Position numbers and translations under genes: made by a program. The notes under the pieces were generated by a model. The model saw only the letters and a list, made by a program, of their open reading frames with translations. It was not told the origin of the DNA and did not search any database. A stretch of 64,000 nt of DNA from a virus. Shown in pieces: positions 27,492 through 36,399 of the stretch (position 1 is its first letter; each line of letters begins with the position of its first letter). The DNA lies in the IMG/VR virus record IMGVR_UViG_3300029188_000196, positions 2,329 to 66,328 of that record, one strand, 5' to 3'.

Positions 27492-28889
27492 TTACTTGTA
27501 AAGGTCTTCCAGCGTTATCAGCCGAACTTCACCTCGCTCTTGTGCCTGAAGAAGTCCATCTGTGAATCCGCCTTTCGAGAAGATATAGTAGTGATAGTTG
27601 TTGCCCTTTCCAAAAACTGAGGCATAATTCCGAATCAAATCGAGTTCATCCACACCGATTTTCTCATTCCGGTATTTGCATGAACCGATGATATAGTCTT
27701 TGCCCTCAACAGGAGTTCCGACGATATCAATCTGTATCTGCTTTTTCTTCTTCGGGTCTGTCCCCCACCACTGGCCGATTTCACTCAGCTCAATAGGAAG
27801 GCTATCCGAATAATAGAGCAGGTAATCCTGACACATCTTCTCATAAATTAGACCCATGTAATCCGGAAGATACTGTTTTACAGCGTGTGGATAGGTCTTT
27901 GCAATTCTGCCAGAGTCAATGGCACTCATATTGATTGGCACAAACCGATACCAGAAACGGAAGAAGTTATCAGCCAGCAGATAGATGGTTTTCTTACCCG
28001 GTTTTTCTGTAATCGGTGTTTCTTTCTTAGCAATGCCAAGGTCGATCAGCGTTTTCAGGTACTTCGATACGACCGAGTTCTCCTCGCCGACCTTCATCTT
28101 GATATCGTTCATTCGGGAAGCACCTTCTGCAATCGCTTTAATGATTGCATTATAAATGGCTGGCTCCCGGAGTTCCTGCTTCAGTAAGTTCCCCGGTTCC
28201 TCATACAGATAGCTGGAGCGGTCAAAGAAATTATCCAACAGAGCTTCATCCACACTATCTCGCACATCCAACTTATTGATATAGTGGGGAACTCCTCCCG
28301 TGATTCCATAAATCAGGGAATTGTCTTCTGCGGACAGATTTGGGTGGAACACAGCGGTTTCTTTATAGTCTAGCGGCTCAATCTTAAACTGGCCAGTACG
28401 TCTGCCATACAGCGGACTTTCCTTGCCAAGCACCTGACTCTCCATGAAGCTCATAGAGGAGCCGCAAAGAATCAGGTACATCTTTGATTCTGTCCACTTG
28501 TGGTCGATGATGTGCTGCAGCATCGCTGAAATGGCCGGCTTTGCCTTTGCAAGATACGGGTACTCGTCAATAACAAAGACTATTCGTTTTTCCTTTGAAA
28601 GTGCAGTCAGCTCGTCCAAGGCAGCATCATAAGACCTGAACTCTGGTGCAAACTCCATATCTGGCCGCTCAAAACTCATGATTGACTTTGAGAGAGCCTC
28701 CAGATTTTCCTTTCCTGTCGTATTCAATGCAGAAAAGAAAATGGTAGGCTTATCTTTACAGAACTCATTGATCAATGCTGTTTTACCAACACGTCGTCTG
28801 CCGTAGATGACGATGCACTCAAACTTATCACCAGCGTACCGTTTATTCAGTTTCCGAAGCTCATCCTCACGGCAATAGAATTGATTCAT
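27492..28889 (-). CDS. AAA+ ATPase (Arch_ATPase/DUF234-type 'ATP-binding protein'); moron in the tail module
   Basis: Walker A 'GRRRVGKTALI', 'VFVIDEYPYL' Walker B, DUF234-like C-terminal region. It has its own TTGACT-17-TATTAT promoter and its own terminators, and sits between G/GT and TMP where no conserved tail gene is expected. Confidence 0.7.
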   Translation of the reverse strand: MNQFYCREDELRKLNKRYAGDKFECIVIYGRRRVGKTALINEFCKDKPTIFFSALNTTGKENLEALSKSIMSFERPDMEFAPEFRSYDAALDELTALSKEKRIVFVIDEYPYLAKAKPAISAMLQHIIDHKWTESKMYLILCGSSMSFMESQVLGKESPLYGRRTGQFKIEPLDYKETAVFHPNLSAEDNSLIYGITGGVPHYINKLDVRDSVDEALLDNFFDRSSYLYEEPGNLLKQELREPAIYNAIIKAIAEGASRMNDIKMKVGEENSVVSKYLKTLIDLGIAKKETPITEKPGKKTIYLLADNFFRFWYRFVPINMSAIDSGRIAKTYPHAVKQYLPDYMGLIYEKMCQDYLLYYSDSLPIELSEIGQWWGTDPKKKKQIQIDIVGTPVEGKDYIIGSCKYRNEKIGVDELDLIRNYASVFGKGNNYHYYIFSKGGFTDGLLQAQERGEVRLITLEDLYK

Positions 28890-28950
28890 ACGTCCACCTC
28901 CAATAATTATACTCGTGAGTTAGTAACTCGTAAGTTACTTCTTTGCGAGT

Positions 28951-28979
28951 ATAATAAATCAGATGGTCTGCAAAGTCAA
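28951..28979 (-). promoter_or_regulatory. Sigma70-type promoter (TTGACT-17-TATTAT) of the ATPase moron, followed by a nested palindromic 5'UTR
   Basis: The -35 and -10 hexamers are 17 bp apart. Downstream are nested inverted repeats TTATACTCG...CGAGTATAA and GTAACtcgtaaGTTAC (28908-28954), then a GGAGGTGG RBS. Confidence 0.5.
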
Positions 28980-28997
28980 GTAAAATAAGTCGAACCT

Positions 28998-29539
28998 TTA
29001 GAACCGGTCGAAGTCCGACTGACTTGCCAGCTCTTTGTACGGATAGTCGTCGTTCTGCCGCTCCGTGAACATATCATTGACCAACCCGATGGTCAGCAGG
29101 TCGAGGTCGGCGATGCTGATACCGAGCTGTACACAGCGCAGCAGAAAGAGCGGGGTGGTCATTTCCCGCTCACTTTTTCGAGGTTTTTTCTGGATTCCAC
29201 CTCGGTCTGCACGTTCAGACCCCACAGTTCGATCAGCTGGGGAAGGATCTGATAAATGGAGAACGTGTTGAACTGGTCCAGGAACTCCTCCGGGCTGTCC
29301 GGCACATTCGCAGGGTCAGCATGACGGGCCATCAGCCATGCCAGATCCTCGAACATTTCCAGACTGAACAGGTCGAGGTTGGAATTGTCCTCATCGTTCT
29401 CACCCACGCTCTTTTCCAGCTGGCGCAGGTCTTTATAGATGTCACGGCCGAACTTGATGCGGTACAGGCGAGGCACAGCGGCACTTGCCTTAAAGATGAC
29501 TTCCTTGCCATCGATCTCGATTTTCTTTGTAACTGCCAT
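28998..29539 (-). CDS. Tail assembly chaperone GT, -1 frameshift fusion product
   Basis: The -1 frame is open from the slippery site to 28998 ('GIQKKPRKSEREMTTPLFLLRCVQLGISIADLDLLTIGLVNDMF...'). Conserved position between the major tail protein and the TMP. Confidence 0.6.
29159..29539 (-). CDS. Tail assembly chaperone G (gpG-like)
   Basis: 'MAVTKKIEIDGKEVIFKASAAVPRLYRIKFGRDI' is a typical TAC N-terminus. Start at 29539 with GGAGGA 9 nt upstream. It ends 7 codons after the slippery site. Confidence 0.7.
   Translation of the reverse strand: MAVTKKIEIDGKEVIFKASAAVPRLYRIKFGRDIYKDLRQLEKSVGENDEDNSNLDLFSLEMFEDLAWLMARHADPANVPDSPEEFLDQFNTFSIYQILPQLIELWGLNVQTEVESRKNLEKVSGK
29183..29189 (-). other. 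Programmed -1 ribosomal frameshift slippery heptamer A_AAA_AAC (G/GT)
   Basis: The minus-strand sequence AGA AAA AAC in the G frame becomes CAG AAA AAA C in the T frame. This is a classic X_XXY_YYZ site near the 3' end of G. Confidence 0.65.
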
Positions 29540-29572
29540 AATCGTAATCCTCCAAAATTTCATGTAAAATTG

Positions 29573-29593
29573 GCAGAGCCGAAGCCCTGCCGT
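29573..29593. repeat. Direct repeat copy 1 (CAGAGCCGAAGCCCTGC hairpin-like) flanking the SPFH gene
   Basis: A 17-bp element identical to that at 30461-30481. It forms a GGCAG...CTGCC stem followed by a U-rich tract on the minus strand. Confidence 0.7.
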
Positions 29594-29605
29594 ATATCGT
29601 GTTTC

Positions 29606-30439
29606 TTACTCTGCCGGGTCAATGCTGACCAGTGCATTACCGCCACTCACAGTCGGCAGCTTTCCATCCCACTTCTGGATCTTCTGGTAATCGATCAGCG
29701 TATCGGACAGGCTTTCTGCCAGTTTGCGGTTTGCCTCTGCCTGTGCTTCTGCGGCAATGGAAGTCTTCTGGGCTTCCGCCTCTGCATTGGTGATCGCCAC
29801 CTGCTTATCCGCTTCTGCCTTGGCAATGGCGGCTTCATTCTCGATCTTCTGCTTATCTGCGTTCTGCTGGGCAATGGACTTCTGCTGGATGGCTTCGTTG
29901 TAGGCATCCTCGAAATTCATGTCGTTGATGACGACCTTATTCACGAACACAACGTCCTCACCATACTTCTGCACAAGGGACTCTGCCAGCTTCTGCTGCG
30001 CCAAAGGTTCAATCTTAGTGCGGTTGGTTACCTCATTGGGGCCAAGTTCAGCCATCGCAGACTTGATGGCAGATGCCACCAGCTCGTCACCGACCAAATT
30101 CTTGATGTCGGACACATTCGCATACAGCCATGCACTCTTCTCAGGAAGCACCTGATAGGTCACGATCACATCTGCAGCATACACAGGTGTTTTATCGGCG
30201 GCTTCGCCCCAGACCTGTGCTTCGATATGCTTATCCTGCTGCTTGTTGTTGACCTTGTGGATACTCTGCACAAAGGGAATGCAGAAGTTGAGCTTGCCAC
30301 TCTGAATGGTGGTCTCCTTGATCTGACCGAAGCTGGTCTTCACGCCGGTGTAGCCGGTAGGGATGATGTGGAACGAGCAGACAGCCAGCACCAGAACGAT
30401 GATCACTGCGAACAAAGGAAAAATCTTCTTCATAATCAT
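29606..30439 (-). CDS. SPFH/Band 7 (prohibitin/HflKC-like) membrane protein; moron in the tail module
   Basis: N-terminal TM helix 'IFPLFAVIIVLVLAVC', SPFH core 'IIPTGYTGVKTSFGQI...', Ala/Glu/Gln-rich coiled-coil C-terminus. Inserted between the major tail protein and G/GT. Confidence 0.8.
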   Translation of the reverse strand: MIMKKIFPLFAVIIVLVLAVCSFHIIPTGYTGVKTSFGQIKETTIQSGKLNFCIPFVQSIHKVNNKQQDKHIEAQVWGEAADKTPVYAADVIVTYQVLPEKSAWLYANVSDIKNLVGDELVASAIKSAMAELGPNEVTNRTKIEPLAQQKLAESLVQKYGEDVVFVNKVVINDMNFEDAYNEAIQQKSIAQQNADKQKIENEAAIAKAEADKQVAITNAEAEAQKTSIAAEAQAEANRKLAESLSDTLIDYQKIQKWDGKLPTVSGGNALVSIDPAE

Positions 30440-30460
30440 ATACCTCTTTATAATAATGTA

Positions 30461-30481
30461 AGCAGAGCCGAAGCCCTGCGG
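30461..30481. repeat. Direct repeat copy 2 flanking the SPFH gene
   Basis: Same 17-bp element as 29573-29593. It lies immediately downstream of the major tail protein gene and acts as a terminator-like hairpin. Confidence 0.7.
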
Positions 30482-30497
30482 TGTGTGTGTCGGTCAC

Positions 30498-31112
30498 TTA
30501 GCCCTGCGGCTCCTCGGTGTGACCGGTGTCTTCGGTGTCCACAGCTTCCGCCTGCGGCTCATAGACCGCATCGTACCACTTGTTATAGACATCATCGGTG
30601 GTGTTGGTACCGGTCTTTGCCTTTACATAACCGTTTGCCAAAGGGGTTGCCTGCAGGTTCAGGGTGTCCGTCTTGACTTCCTTGCTGTCCTCATTGGTCT
30701 CACCCTCGATGGACGGACGGCTTGCCACACAGTTGTACAGCACATGACGGATGTGGCGCTGGTCACCATCGAACTCGAACAGGAACGCAAAATGCTCCAG
30801 TTCCACATTGGCATTCTCAGCAAGCACGCCGTTGCCGTCCAGCTCCTCGTGCATGATGTCCGTAAGGAAGCTCTCCGGAATCAGTGCGATCTCCAGATCA
30901 CCCTCGTAGCCGGAGTTGTTATTCACGACATAGTAAGCGATATTGTCCGCATAGAACGGCTCGATCTCGCCATTGGCATCCATAGAAAGACTGACTGCAC
31001 CGGGGATGCGGACCGGCTTTGCGTAAGTGACGCTGCCATCTTCGTCAAAGGTTGCCTTGGCATAATGGCAGTTTTTCAGGCCAAATTTGACCTTATTGCT
31101 TTTCTTCGACAT
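30498..31112 (-). CDS. Major tail protein (TP901-1/phi13 family)
   Basis: 'KFGLKNCHYAKATFDEDGSVTYAKPVRIPGAVSLSMDANGE' family signature. 204 aa with an acidic C-terminus. Confidence 0.8.
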   Translation of the reverse strand: MSKKSNKVKFGLKNCHYAKATFDEDGSVTYAKPVRIPGAVSLSMDANGEIEPFYADNIAYYVVNNNSGYEGDLEIALIPESFLTDIMHEELDGNGVLAENANVELEHFAFLFEFDGDQRHIRHVLYNCVASRPSIEGETNEDSKEVKTDTLNLQATPLANGYVKAKTGTNTTDDVYNKWYDAVYEPQAEAVDTEDTGHTEEPQG

Positions 31113-31146
31113 AGTGTTCCTCCCATAAAAATATCCTGCATGAGCA

Positions 31147-31464
31147 TCACACGGTCAGCTCATACAGGACTTCATACATCTTTTCGGTTTCGATCCAGAC
31201 CTCACTTTTCTCATAGTAGAGTTCATGCTCGGTCAGGACTTCTTCAATATTTGCTTCCATATCCGGGTCTTTGTAATCGGTGTAGACCTCAATGTCCAGC
31301 CGGTTGAAATGGTGGTACACAAGGTTATCCGCACCAAAGTTCTCAGCCCTGGGATACAGAAAGCAGATAAACGGTGGATCAGGACTCTCCCCTTCTGCGA
31401 AATGGTCATACGCATAAGGAAGCCCCATCTCCTCCACCAGAGCTTTTACTTCTTCGTGGGTCAT
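31147..31464 (-). CDS. Putative tail completion/terminator protein
   Basis: 105 aa, placed between the gp10-like and major tail genes. Called on synteny only. Confidence 0.35.
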   Translation of the reverse strand: MTHEEVKALVEEMGLPYAYDHFAEGESPDPPFICFLYPRAENFGADNLVYHHFNRLDIEVYTDYKDPDMEANIEEVLTEHELYYEKSEVWIETEKMYEVLYELTV

Positions 31465-31473
31465 TGGTTTCTC

Positions 31474-31851
31474 CTATTTCAGCGCCTTTTCGATGAGGGA
31501 CTGGAGCTGCTCGATGCCGGCCTGTTCTGCTGGAGCGATATGCGGTCTTCCTGCCACCCGTCCGCCACCGCGCTTGGCATGACCTTTTTCCAGCAGATGT
31601 GCCAGCTGGTAGCGGTTCTTGGAATGCACTACCATCTGAAGGCTCTGGCTGGATTCGGACTGCTTGGTCGCCATCCAGCTTCCTTTGTACGCGCCCGTCC
31701 GGGATGGTGCATTGGCCGAGATCTGGTCTTTGACCGTTTTCGCAGATTTGCGGACTGCCTTCTTGACCTCCGTGGAGGCAAGGGTCGCATACTCTTTCAG
31801 TCCTTCGTTGATGGCGTCTGCCATCTCATCAATGCTGACGGTTCTGCTCAT
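31474..31851 (-). CDS. HK97 gp10-family head-tail joining protein
   Basis: 125 aa at the conserved position; 'APSRTGAYKGSWMATKQ' region. Confidence 0.55.
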   Translation of the reverse strand: MSRTVSIDEMADAINEGLKEYATLASTEVKKAVRKSAKTVKDQISANAPSRTGAYKGSWMATKQSESSQSLQMVVHSKNRYQLAHLLEKGHAKRGGGRVAGRPHIAPAEQAGIEQLQSLIEKALK

Positions 31852-32182
31852 CCGGCTGCCTCCTTTCCAGTCTGCAATGAATCTTCAGAATCTTCTTCTG
31901 ATAGTTCATCGGGTCAACGGATTCGATATTGTAGAGCTGCTCCCGGAAGCGGATGCGGAAACCCGTTGATGTGAGATTTCTGGTCTCACTGCACCAGCGC
32001 ACCGTAAACACCACGCTCTTCTGTTCGGCTGTGACCTCACCCTCTTCTTCCTGCGCCTGATAGGTCGAAGCGTAGGCAAAGCAGGTGAAATATTCCTCCC
32101 ATGTGTTCCGATGGTTTCCGACCTTATCGGTCACAACCGTGCTTTTCTCGATCGTGATCCGCTCATTCAGTTTCTCGATCAT
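31829..32182 (-). CDS. Head closure / head-tail adaptor protein (SPP1 gp16-like)
   Basis: 117 aa, synteny and 'VFTVRWCSETRNLTSTGFRIRFREQLYNIESV' motif region. Confidence 0.6.
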   Translation of the reverse strand: MIEKLNERITIEKSTVVTDKVGNHRNTWEEYFTCFAYASTYQAQEEEGEVTAEQKSVVFTVRWCSETRNLTSTGFRIRFREQLYNIESVDPMNYQKKILKIHCRLERRQPDEQNRQH

Positions 32183-32520
32183 CAGAACACCCCCTCCCTC
32201 ACAGCAAACAGAATGGAACGAAGCGTCAGCATCAGCTGGTGATGATCAGCTTCGTCCCGGTGCTCATAGAGATACCCCAGTGCATACAGAATCGCTACAC
32301 GGCAGGTGCTTCGCAGGGCTTCCAGTTCCCTTGTGGGCTGTATCCCATTTTCGGCATCCCGGTCAGCGGCATTGACTGCCTCCCACTGGTCTTCCGATAA
32401 ACGTCCCACATCCTTGCACATCTGCTCCGCAGAAGATAAAAGGATGCCGATCAGGGCATCCTCATCACTGCTGTCCACGCGGAGATAGGTCTTCGCTTCG
32501 TAAAGCGGGATCAGTGCCAT
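32182..32520 (-). CDS. gp6-like head-tail connector protein
   Basis: 'MALIPLYEAKTYLRVDSSDEDALIGILLSSAE' is a typical Phage_connect_1 N-terminus. Confidence 0.65.
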   Translation of the reverse strand: MALIPLYEAKTYLRVDSSDEDALIGILLSSAEQMCKDVGRLSEDQWEAVNAADRDAENGIQPTRELEALRSTCRVAILYALGYLYEHRDEADHHQLMLTLRSILFAVREGVF

Positions 32521-32546
32521 AACCGGCTCCTCCTTTCCAGGCTTTC

Positions 32547-33752
32547 TTAGCCCTGCGGTGCCATCTGCAGAAGCTGTACGGCTTCCGGCAGGATCAGCTT
32601 GCCATCCACACGCTGGGTGGTCAGGAAACCGACCTGATCAGTACGGGCATACAGCTCGTTCAGACGGCGGAAGGTGCGGTTCTGGCGGTCAGCCACCCAG
32701 TAGTAGCTGTAATCACCAAAGGCCATGACCTTGCTGCCACCCTTGATCTCCGGCATGAAGGCGGAGGTCTTCAGCGGACGGTTCAGCAGGGTATCAGGCT
32801 TGCCGATTTCCAGACCCGGCTTCCAGATATAGTTGCCGTTGTTGTCCTTGATGGTCATCAGCTGCAGCACCAGGGCTTCGTTGCAGAGGAACTGTGCCTT
32901 CTTGCGGTACGGAGCCTTCAGTGCGTAGTAGAGCTTGAAGATCTCATCAAAGGACACAGCATCCTTCTGGGCAGCGGTCACACCGACCTTGGCACCGCCG
33001 GTCTCTGCCAGCAGGCCCAGAGGCTTGCCCACACCGTCGCCGGTGATAAATGCACGCTCCTCTGCGTTGCCCATACGCACACCGAAACGGCGGGCAATAT
33101 AGGTGGCAAGGTCGAATGCAGAGTCGTTCAGCAGCTCGTTGGAGATCTTGATCATAGTGCCCAGCTTGTAAGCAGACAGCATGGTCTGACCGAAGGTGGT
33201 GTCGCTCTCCGGGATCTCCTCGCCCTCATCGATCCAGCTTGCCTCGCCGGTATCCTCTGCGATAGGAATCTTACGGGTACCGGAGCTGGTGCGGATGACG
33301 GTCGCCATACCACGGAAGATGTTGTTCTCCTCCAGTGCCTCTACCAGCTTCTTCTCAAACTCATCGGGAACGGTAAAGCCGCCCTCGGTGTCCTCACCCA
33401 CAGACAGGGCATTGCGGACCTCGCCGTAATGGCCGCGGTTGCGGATCATGTTCCAGAAGTTCTCAGCGTACTCGGCAGTGGCGGTCGGCTTGACATCCTT
33501 CTTGGCACCGTTCTTCGGGTCCGCATGGACAGGGCTGGAAGTCGGTGCGGACAGCTGTGCCTCGATCTGTGCCTGCTGCTCCAGACGCTCGATCTCCGCA
33601 CCCAGGTCCTTGACCTCCTGTGCCATCTTGTTGTACTGCTCCACGGCATCAGCCTTTACCAGACCATTCTCGCCGCGGTTCTTCTCCAGAAAGTCCTTGG
33701 TCTGCTCCCAGAGAGTGTTGCGCTTGGTGCGCAGTTCCAGAATCTTACTCAT
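32547..33752 (-). CDS. Major capsid protein, HK97 family
   Basis: 401 aa; 'GGFTVPDEFEKKLVEALEENNIFRGMATVIRTSSGTRKIPIA' HK97-fold signature. N-terminal delta-domain-like coiled coil. Confidence 0.85.
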   Translation of the reverse strand: MSKILELRTKRNTLWEQTKDFLEKNRGENGLVKADAVEQYNKMAQEVKDLGAEIERLEQQAQIEAQLSAPTSSPVHADPKNGAKKDVKPTATAEYAENFWNMIRNRGHYGEVRNALSVGEDTEGGFTVPDEFEKKLVEALEENNIFRGMATVIRTSSGTRKIPIAEDTGEASWIDEGEEIPESDTTFGQTMLSAYKLGTMIKISNELLNDSAFDLATYIARRFGVRMGNAEERAFITGDGVGKPLGLLAETGGAKVGVTAAQKDAVSFDEIFKLYYALKAPYRKKAQFLCNEALVLQLMTIKDNNGNYIWKPGLEIGKPDTLLNRPLKTSAFMPEIKGGSKVMAFGDYSYYWVADRQNRTFRRLNELYARTDQVGFLTTQRVDGKLILPEAVQLLQMAPQG

Positions 33753-33809
33753 AGTGTTTGTCCTCCATAAATTGATTTGTGGTGATATGAAAAACAGCCT
33801 GAATGCACA

Positions 33810-34709
33810 TCACTTCATGCACTCAAGCTGCTTCATCAGGATATTGTAGGGGATGCTGCCATCCTCAGTCTTGCCGTCCATGTCAAGGACAGGCCCCGGA
33901 TTAGCAGGCGGTTCTACCTGAGGGGTCGGCTCGGCGGACGGTTTCGGGTCAGCAGGCGGCTCCTTCGGCTCAGTGTGTTTCTGGCCCACATCTTCCGGTT
34001 TCACACCCAGACGGTTCAGGACGATTAGATCCATCTGACGGCTGGAGAAAAGGTGCCCTGCCGTGTCCTTCTGGAACGGCTTCTCTTCTCCGCCCTCGCC
34101 CGGTTCACTGTCGGGGGCTTCTTCCGGATTCTCCGGGTCTGCCGGGTCACTGTCCGGCTCCTCCTCTTTCTTTGCAAAGAGGATCTCGTCTGCAAAGCCC
34201 AGCTCCACCGCCTTCTTCGCATTCATCCAAGTTTCATTGCTCATAAGGTTGGCGATGCGAGCATGGCTGAGTCCGCTCTTTGCAGCGTAGGCATTGATAA
34301 TGCTCTCCTTGACCTCGGTCAGCACCTCGATGGCTTTCTCCATGTCCTTAGTATTGCCCATCGCTACCGTGCTGGGGTCATGGATCATCAGCATGGCAAC
34401 GGGACTCATCTGGACAATGTCACCGGCCATTGCCACAACGGATGCAGCAGATGCCGCAATCGCATCGATCTTGACCGTGATGCTGCCCTTGTAATCCTTA
34501 AGCATGGTATAGATCTCAGCAGCGGCGAACACATTTCCGCCCGGAGAGTTGATCCAGACGGCCACATCCCCCTCACCGGATTCCAGCTCATCCCGGAACA
34601 TCTGTGGCGTGATCTCATCGCCCCAGAACGATTCCTCATCGATGGGGCCTTCCAGCCGGAGGATTCTGGTATCGTCACTGTTTTTGATCCAGTTCCAGAA
34701 TTTCTTCAT
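33810..34709 (-). CDS. Prohead protease (ClpP/S14 family) with acidic C-terminal extension
   Basis: 'VWINSPGGNVFAAAEIYTMLKD...AASAASVVAMAGD...MIHDP' ClpP motifs including the catalytic Ser and His regions. Confidence 0.85.
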   Translation of the reverse strand: MKKFWNWIKNSDDTRILRLEGPIDEESFWGDEITPQMFRDELESGEGDVAVWINSPGGNVFAAAEIYTMLKDYKGSITVKIDAIAASAASVVAMAGDIVQMSPVAMLMIHDPSTVAMGNTKDMEKAIEVLTEVKESIINAYAAKSGLSHARIANLMSNETWMNAKKAVELGFADEILFAKKEEEPDSDPADPENPEEAPDSEPGEGGEEKPFQKDTAGHLFSSRQMDLIVLNRLGVKPEDVGQKHTEPKEPPADPKPSAEPTPQVEPPANPGPVLDMDGKTEDGSIPYNILMKQLECMK

Positions 34710-36106
34710 CGGGTTCTCCTTCTTTCATTTTTCCGTGGCTTACTCTCACTCAGCCGGTTATCGCTTTCAGGTTCTTCTTCCGGGTCGGGCTGTGTTTCTT
34801 TCGGCTGATTCTGCTGGACGGCGGCAGCTTTATTCTGCTGTGCCACTCCTGCATCTTTCAGCTTTACATAGCCGCCGTTCAGGTAGTAGTCATCTCCGCC
34901 CTCCTCTGCCGGGATGAGATCCATGTTCTCCAGCCGATGCACATCATTCGGGGAGAGGAACCCATTGCTGATGCCGGTCGCATAACCGTTCATCCGGCTC
35001 TGATAGTCGCCACGGAGCAGACCGTCCACATTGAACTTCGGGAAGTAGGTGTCCTGCTCCTCTTCCAGCAGCAGATCCTTGATGATGCCCTGCTCGATGC
35101 GGACAAGCCACGGAGTCAGGGAGTGCATCACGAAGTTCAGTGACTGGTATTCAATGTTGGAGAAGGTCGCTCTGGACAAGTCCGCCACCAGATGCGGAGG
35201 CACACGGAAGATACGGCAGATCTCCGTCACGGAAAACTGCTTCGTTTCCAAAAACTGGCTGTCCTCCGGCGGCAGGGAGATTGGTTTGTAGGATAGGCCC
35301 TCTTCCAGCACAGCCACACGATGTGCATTGGAAGCACCACCGTAAGCCGCTTCCCAGCTGTCCCGGATACGGTTCGGGTCTTTCACAACGCCGGGATGCT
35401 CCAGCACACCGCTAGGCTGTGCACCATTCTTGAAGAAGGACGAGCCGTACTTGTCCACCGCAATGGATGTGCCGAGGCTGTTCTTCATCATGGCAATCGG
35501 TGAGAAACCAATCAGACCATTAAAGCCAAGCCCCGGCACATGGAAGATCTCGTCCCGGCGGAAGTAGATGTCTTTATTCTGCTCTCCCGGAACTTCATCC
35601 GTGTATGCGTGGTAGATATAGTAAAGCTCGCCACTCTCATCTCGATCCACTTCGACATTCTCCGGCAAAAGCGGATACAGACCCAGCACCGTGTTCTTGC
35701 CATCCCGAACAATCTGTGCATAGGCGTTGCCCCAGAGGAGCAGGTGGGTCATCAGTGTCTCCCAGAAGACAAAGGATGTCATCTCCGGGTTGGGCTGCCG
35801 ATACAGAATCTTGTACAGCGGATGATCCCGTGCCTTTTCCTTGTTGCCGTTATCGTCCGTCACACGGTAGAGATGCAGCGGCAGTGCTGCAATGGACTCT
35901 GCCAGCAGACGGACACAGGCATATACGGTCGGGATCTGCATGGCGGCTTTTTCATCCACCTGCTCCCCGGCATTGGAACGACCAAACACAAAGGTCTGCC
36001 CGGAATCGCGGACGTTATCCGTGACCTGCGGCAGACCTTCTTTTGGCTGTTCTGTTTTGGGAGAATCCCTTGGGTTCTCAAACCCCATCCATTCCCAGAA
36101 TCCCAT
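34706..36106 (-). CDS. Portal protein (HK97 family)
   Basis: 466 aa; conserved portal core ('LPLHLYR...GNAYAQIVRDG'). Start codon overlaps the stop of the upstream gene. Confidence 0.85.
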   Translation of the reverse strand: MGFWEWMGFENPRDSPKTEQPKEGLPQVTDNVRDSGQTFVFGRSNAGEQVDEKAAMQIPTVYACVRLLAESIAALPLHLYRVTDDNGNKEKARDHPLYKILYRQPNPEMTSFVFWETLMTHLLLWGNAYAQIVRDGKNTVLGLYPLLPENVEVDRDESGELYYIYHAYTDEVPGEQNKDIYFRRDEIFHVPGLGFNGLIGFSPIAMMKNSLGTSIAVDKYGSSFFKNGAQPSGVLEHPGVVKDPNRIRDSWEAAYGGASNAHRVAVLEEGLSYKPISLPPEDSQFLETKQFSVTEICRIFRVPPHLVADLSRATFSNIEYQSLNFVMHSLTPWLVRIEQGIIKDLLLEEEQDTYFPKFNVDGLLRGDYQSRMNGYATGISNGFLSPNDVHRLENMDLIPAEEGGDDYYLNGGYVKLKDAGVAQQNKAAAVQQNQPKETQPDPEEEPESDNRLSESKPRKNERRRTR

Positions 36107-36321
36107 TAAGCCTTATCCTCCTTCTCCAGCTCCGGCAGACCGGCAAGGCTGGTACCGAGGGATGCAACGCCTGCCACGATAGCTGCACTGCCAACTGCCA
36201 TCCAGTCCACAGTACCACCGGGCATCTGGGTCACGATCAGAGCTGCGCCGGTCTGGAACATCGTCTTTGCAGCACGGATACCGGCTGCCTTCCACCATTC
36301 TGCACTCATCAGATACTTCAT
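36106..36321 (-). CDS. Small membrane protein (holin-like) between terminase and portal
   Basis: 71 aa, two hydrophobic segments. GGGAGG RBS; stop overlaps the portal start (TAATG). Confidence 0.5.
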   Translation of the reverse strand: MKYLMSAEWWKAAGIRAAKTMFQTGAALIVTQMPGGTVDWMAVGSAAIVAGVASLGTSLAGLPELEKEDKA

Positions 36322-36399
36322 AGAAACCTCCCTTTCTTTCCCGATTCTTTCCTGCTTTCTTTCTCGTCTTAATGTGGAAAGAAAGAAGTGAAAGAAAAA

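Noticed and set aside
29321-30676. 451-aa plus-strand ORF
   Set aside because: It is antisense to the SPFH and G genes, and the Leu/Cys-rich translation has no domain. Spurious.
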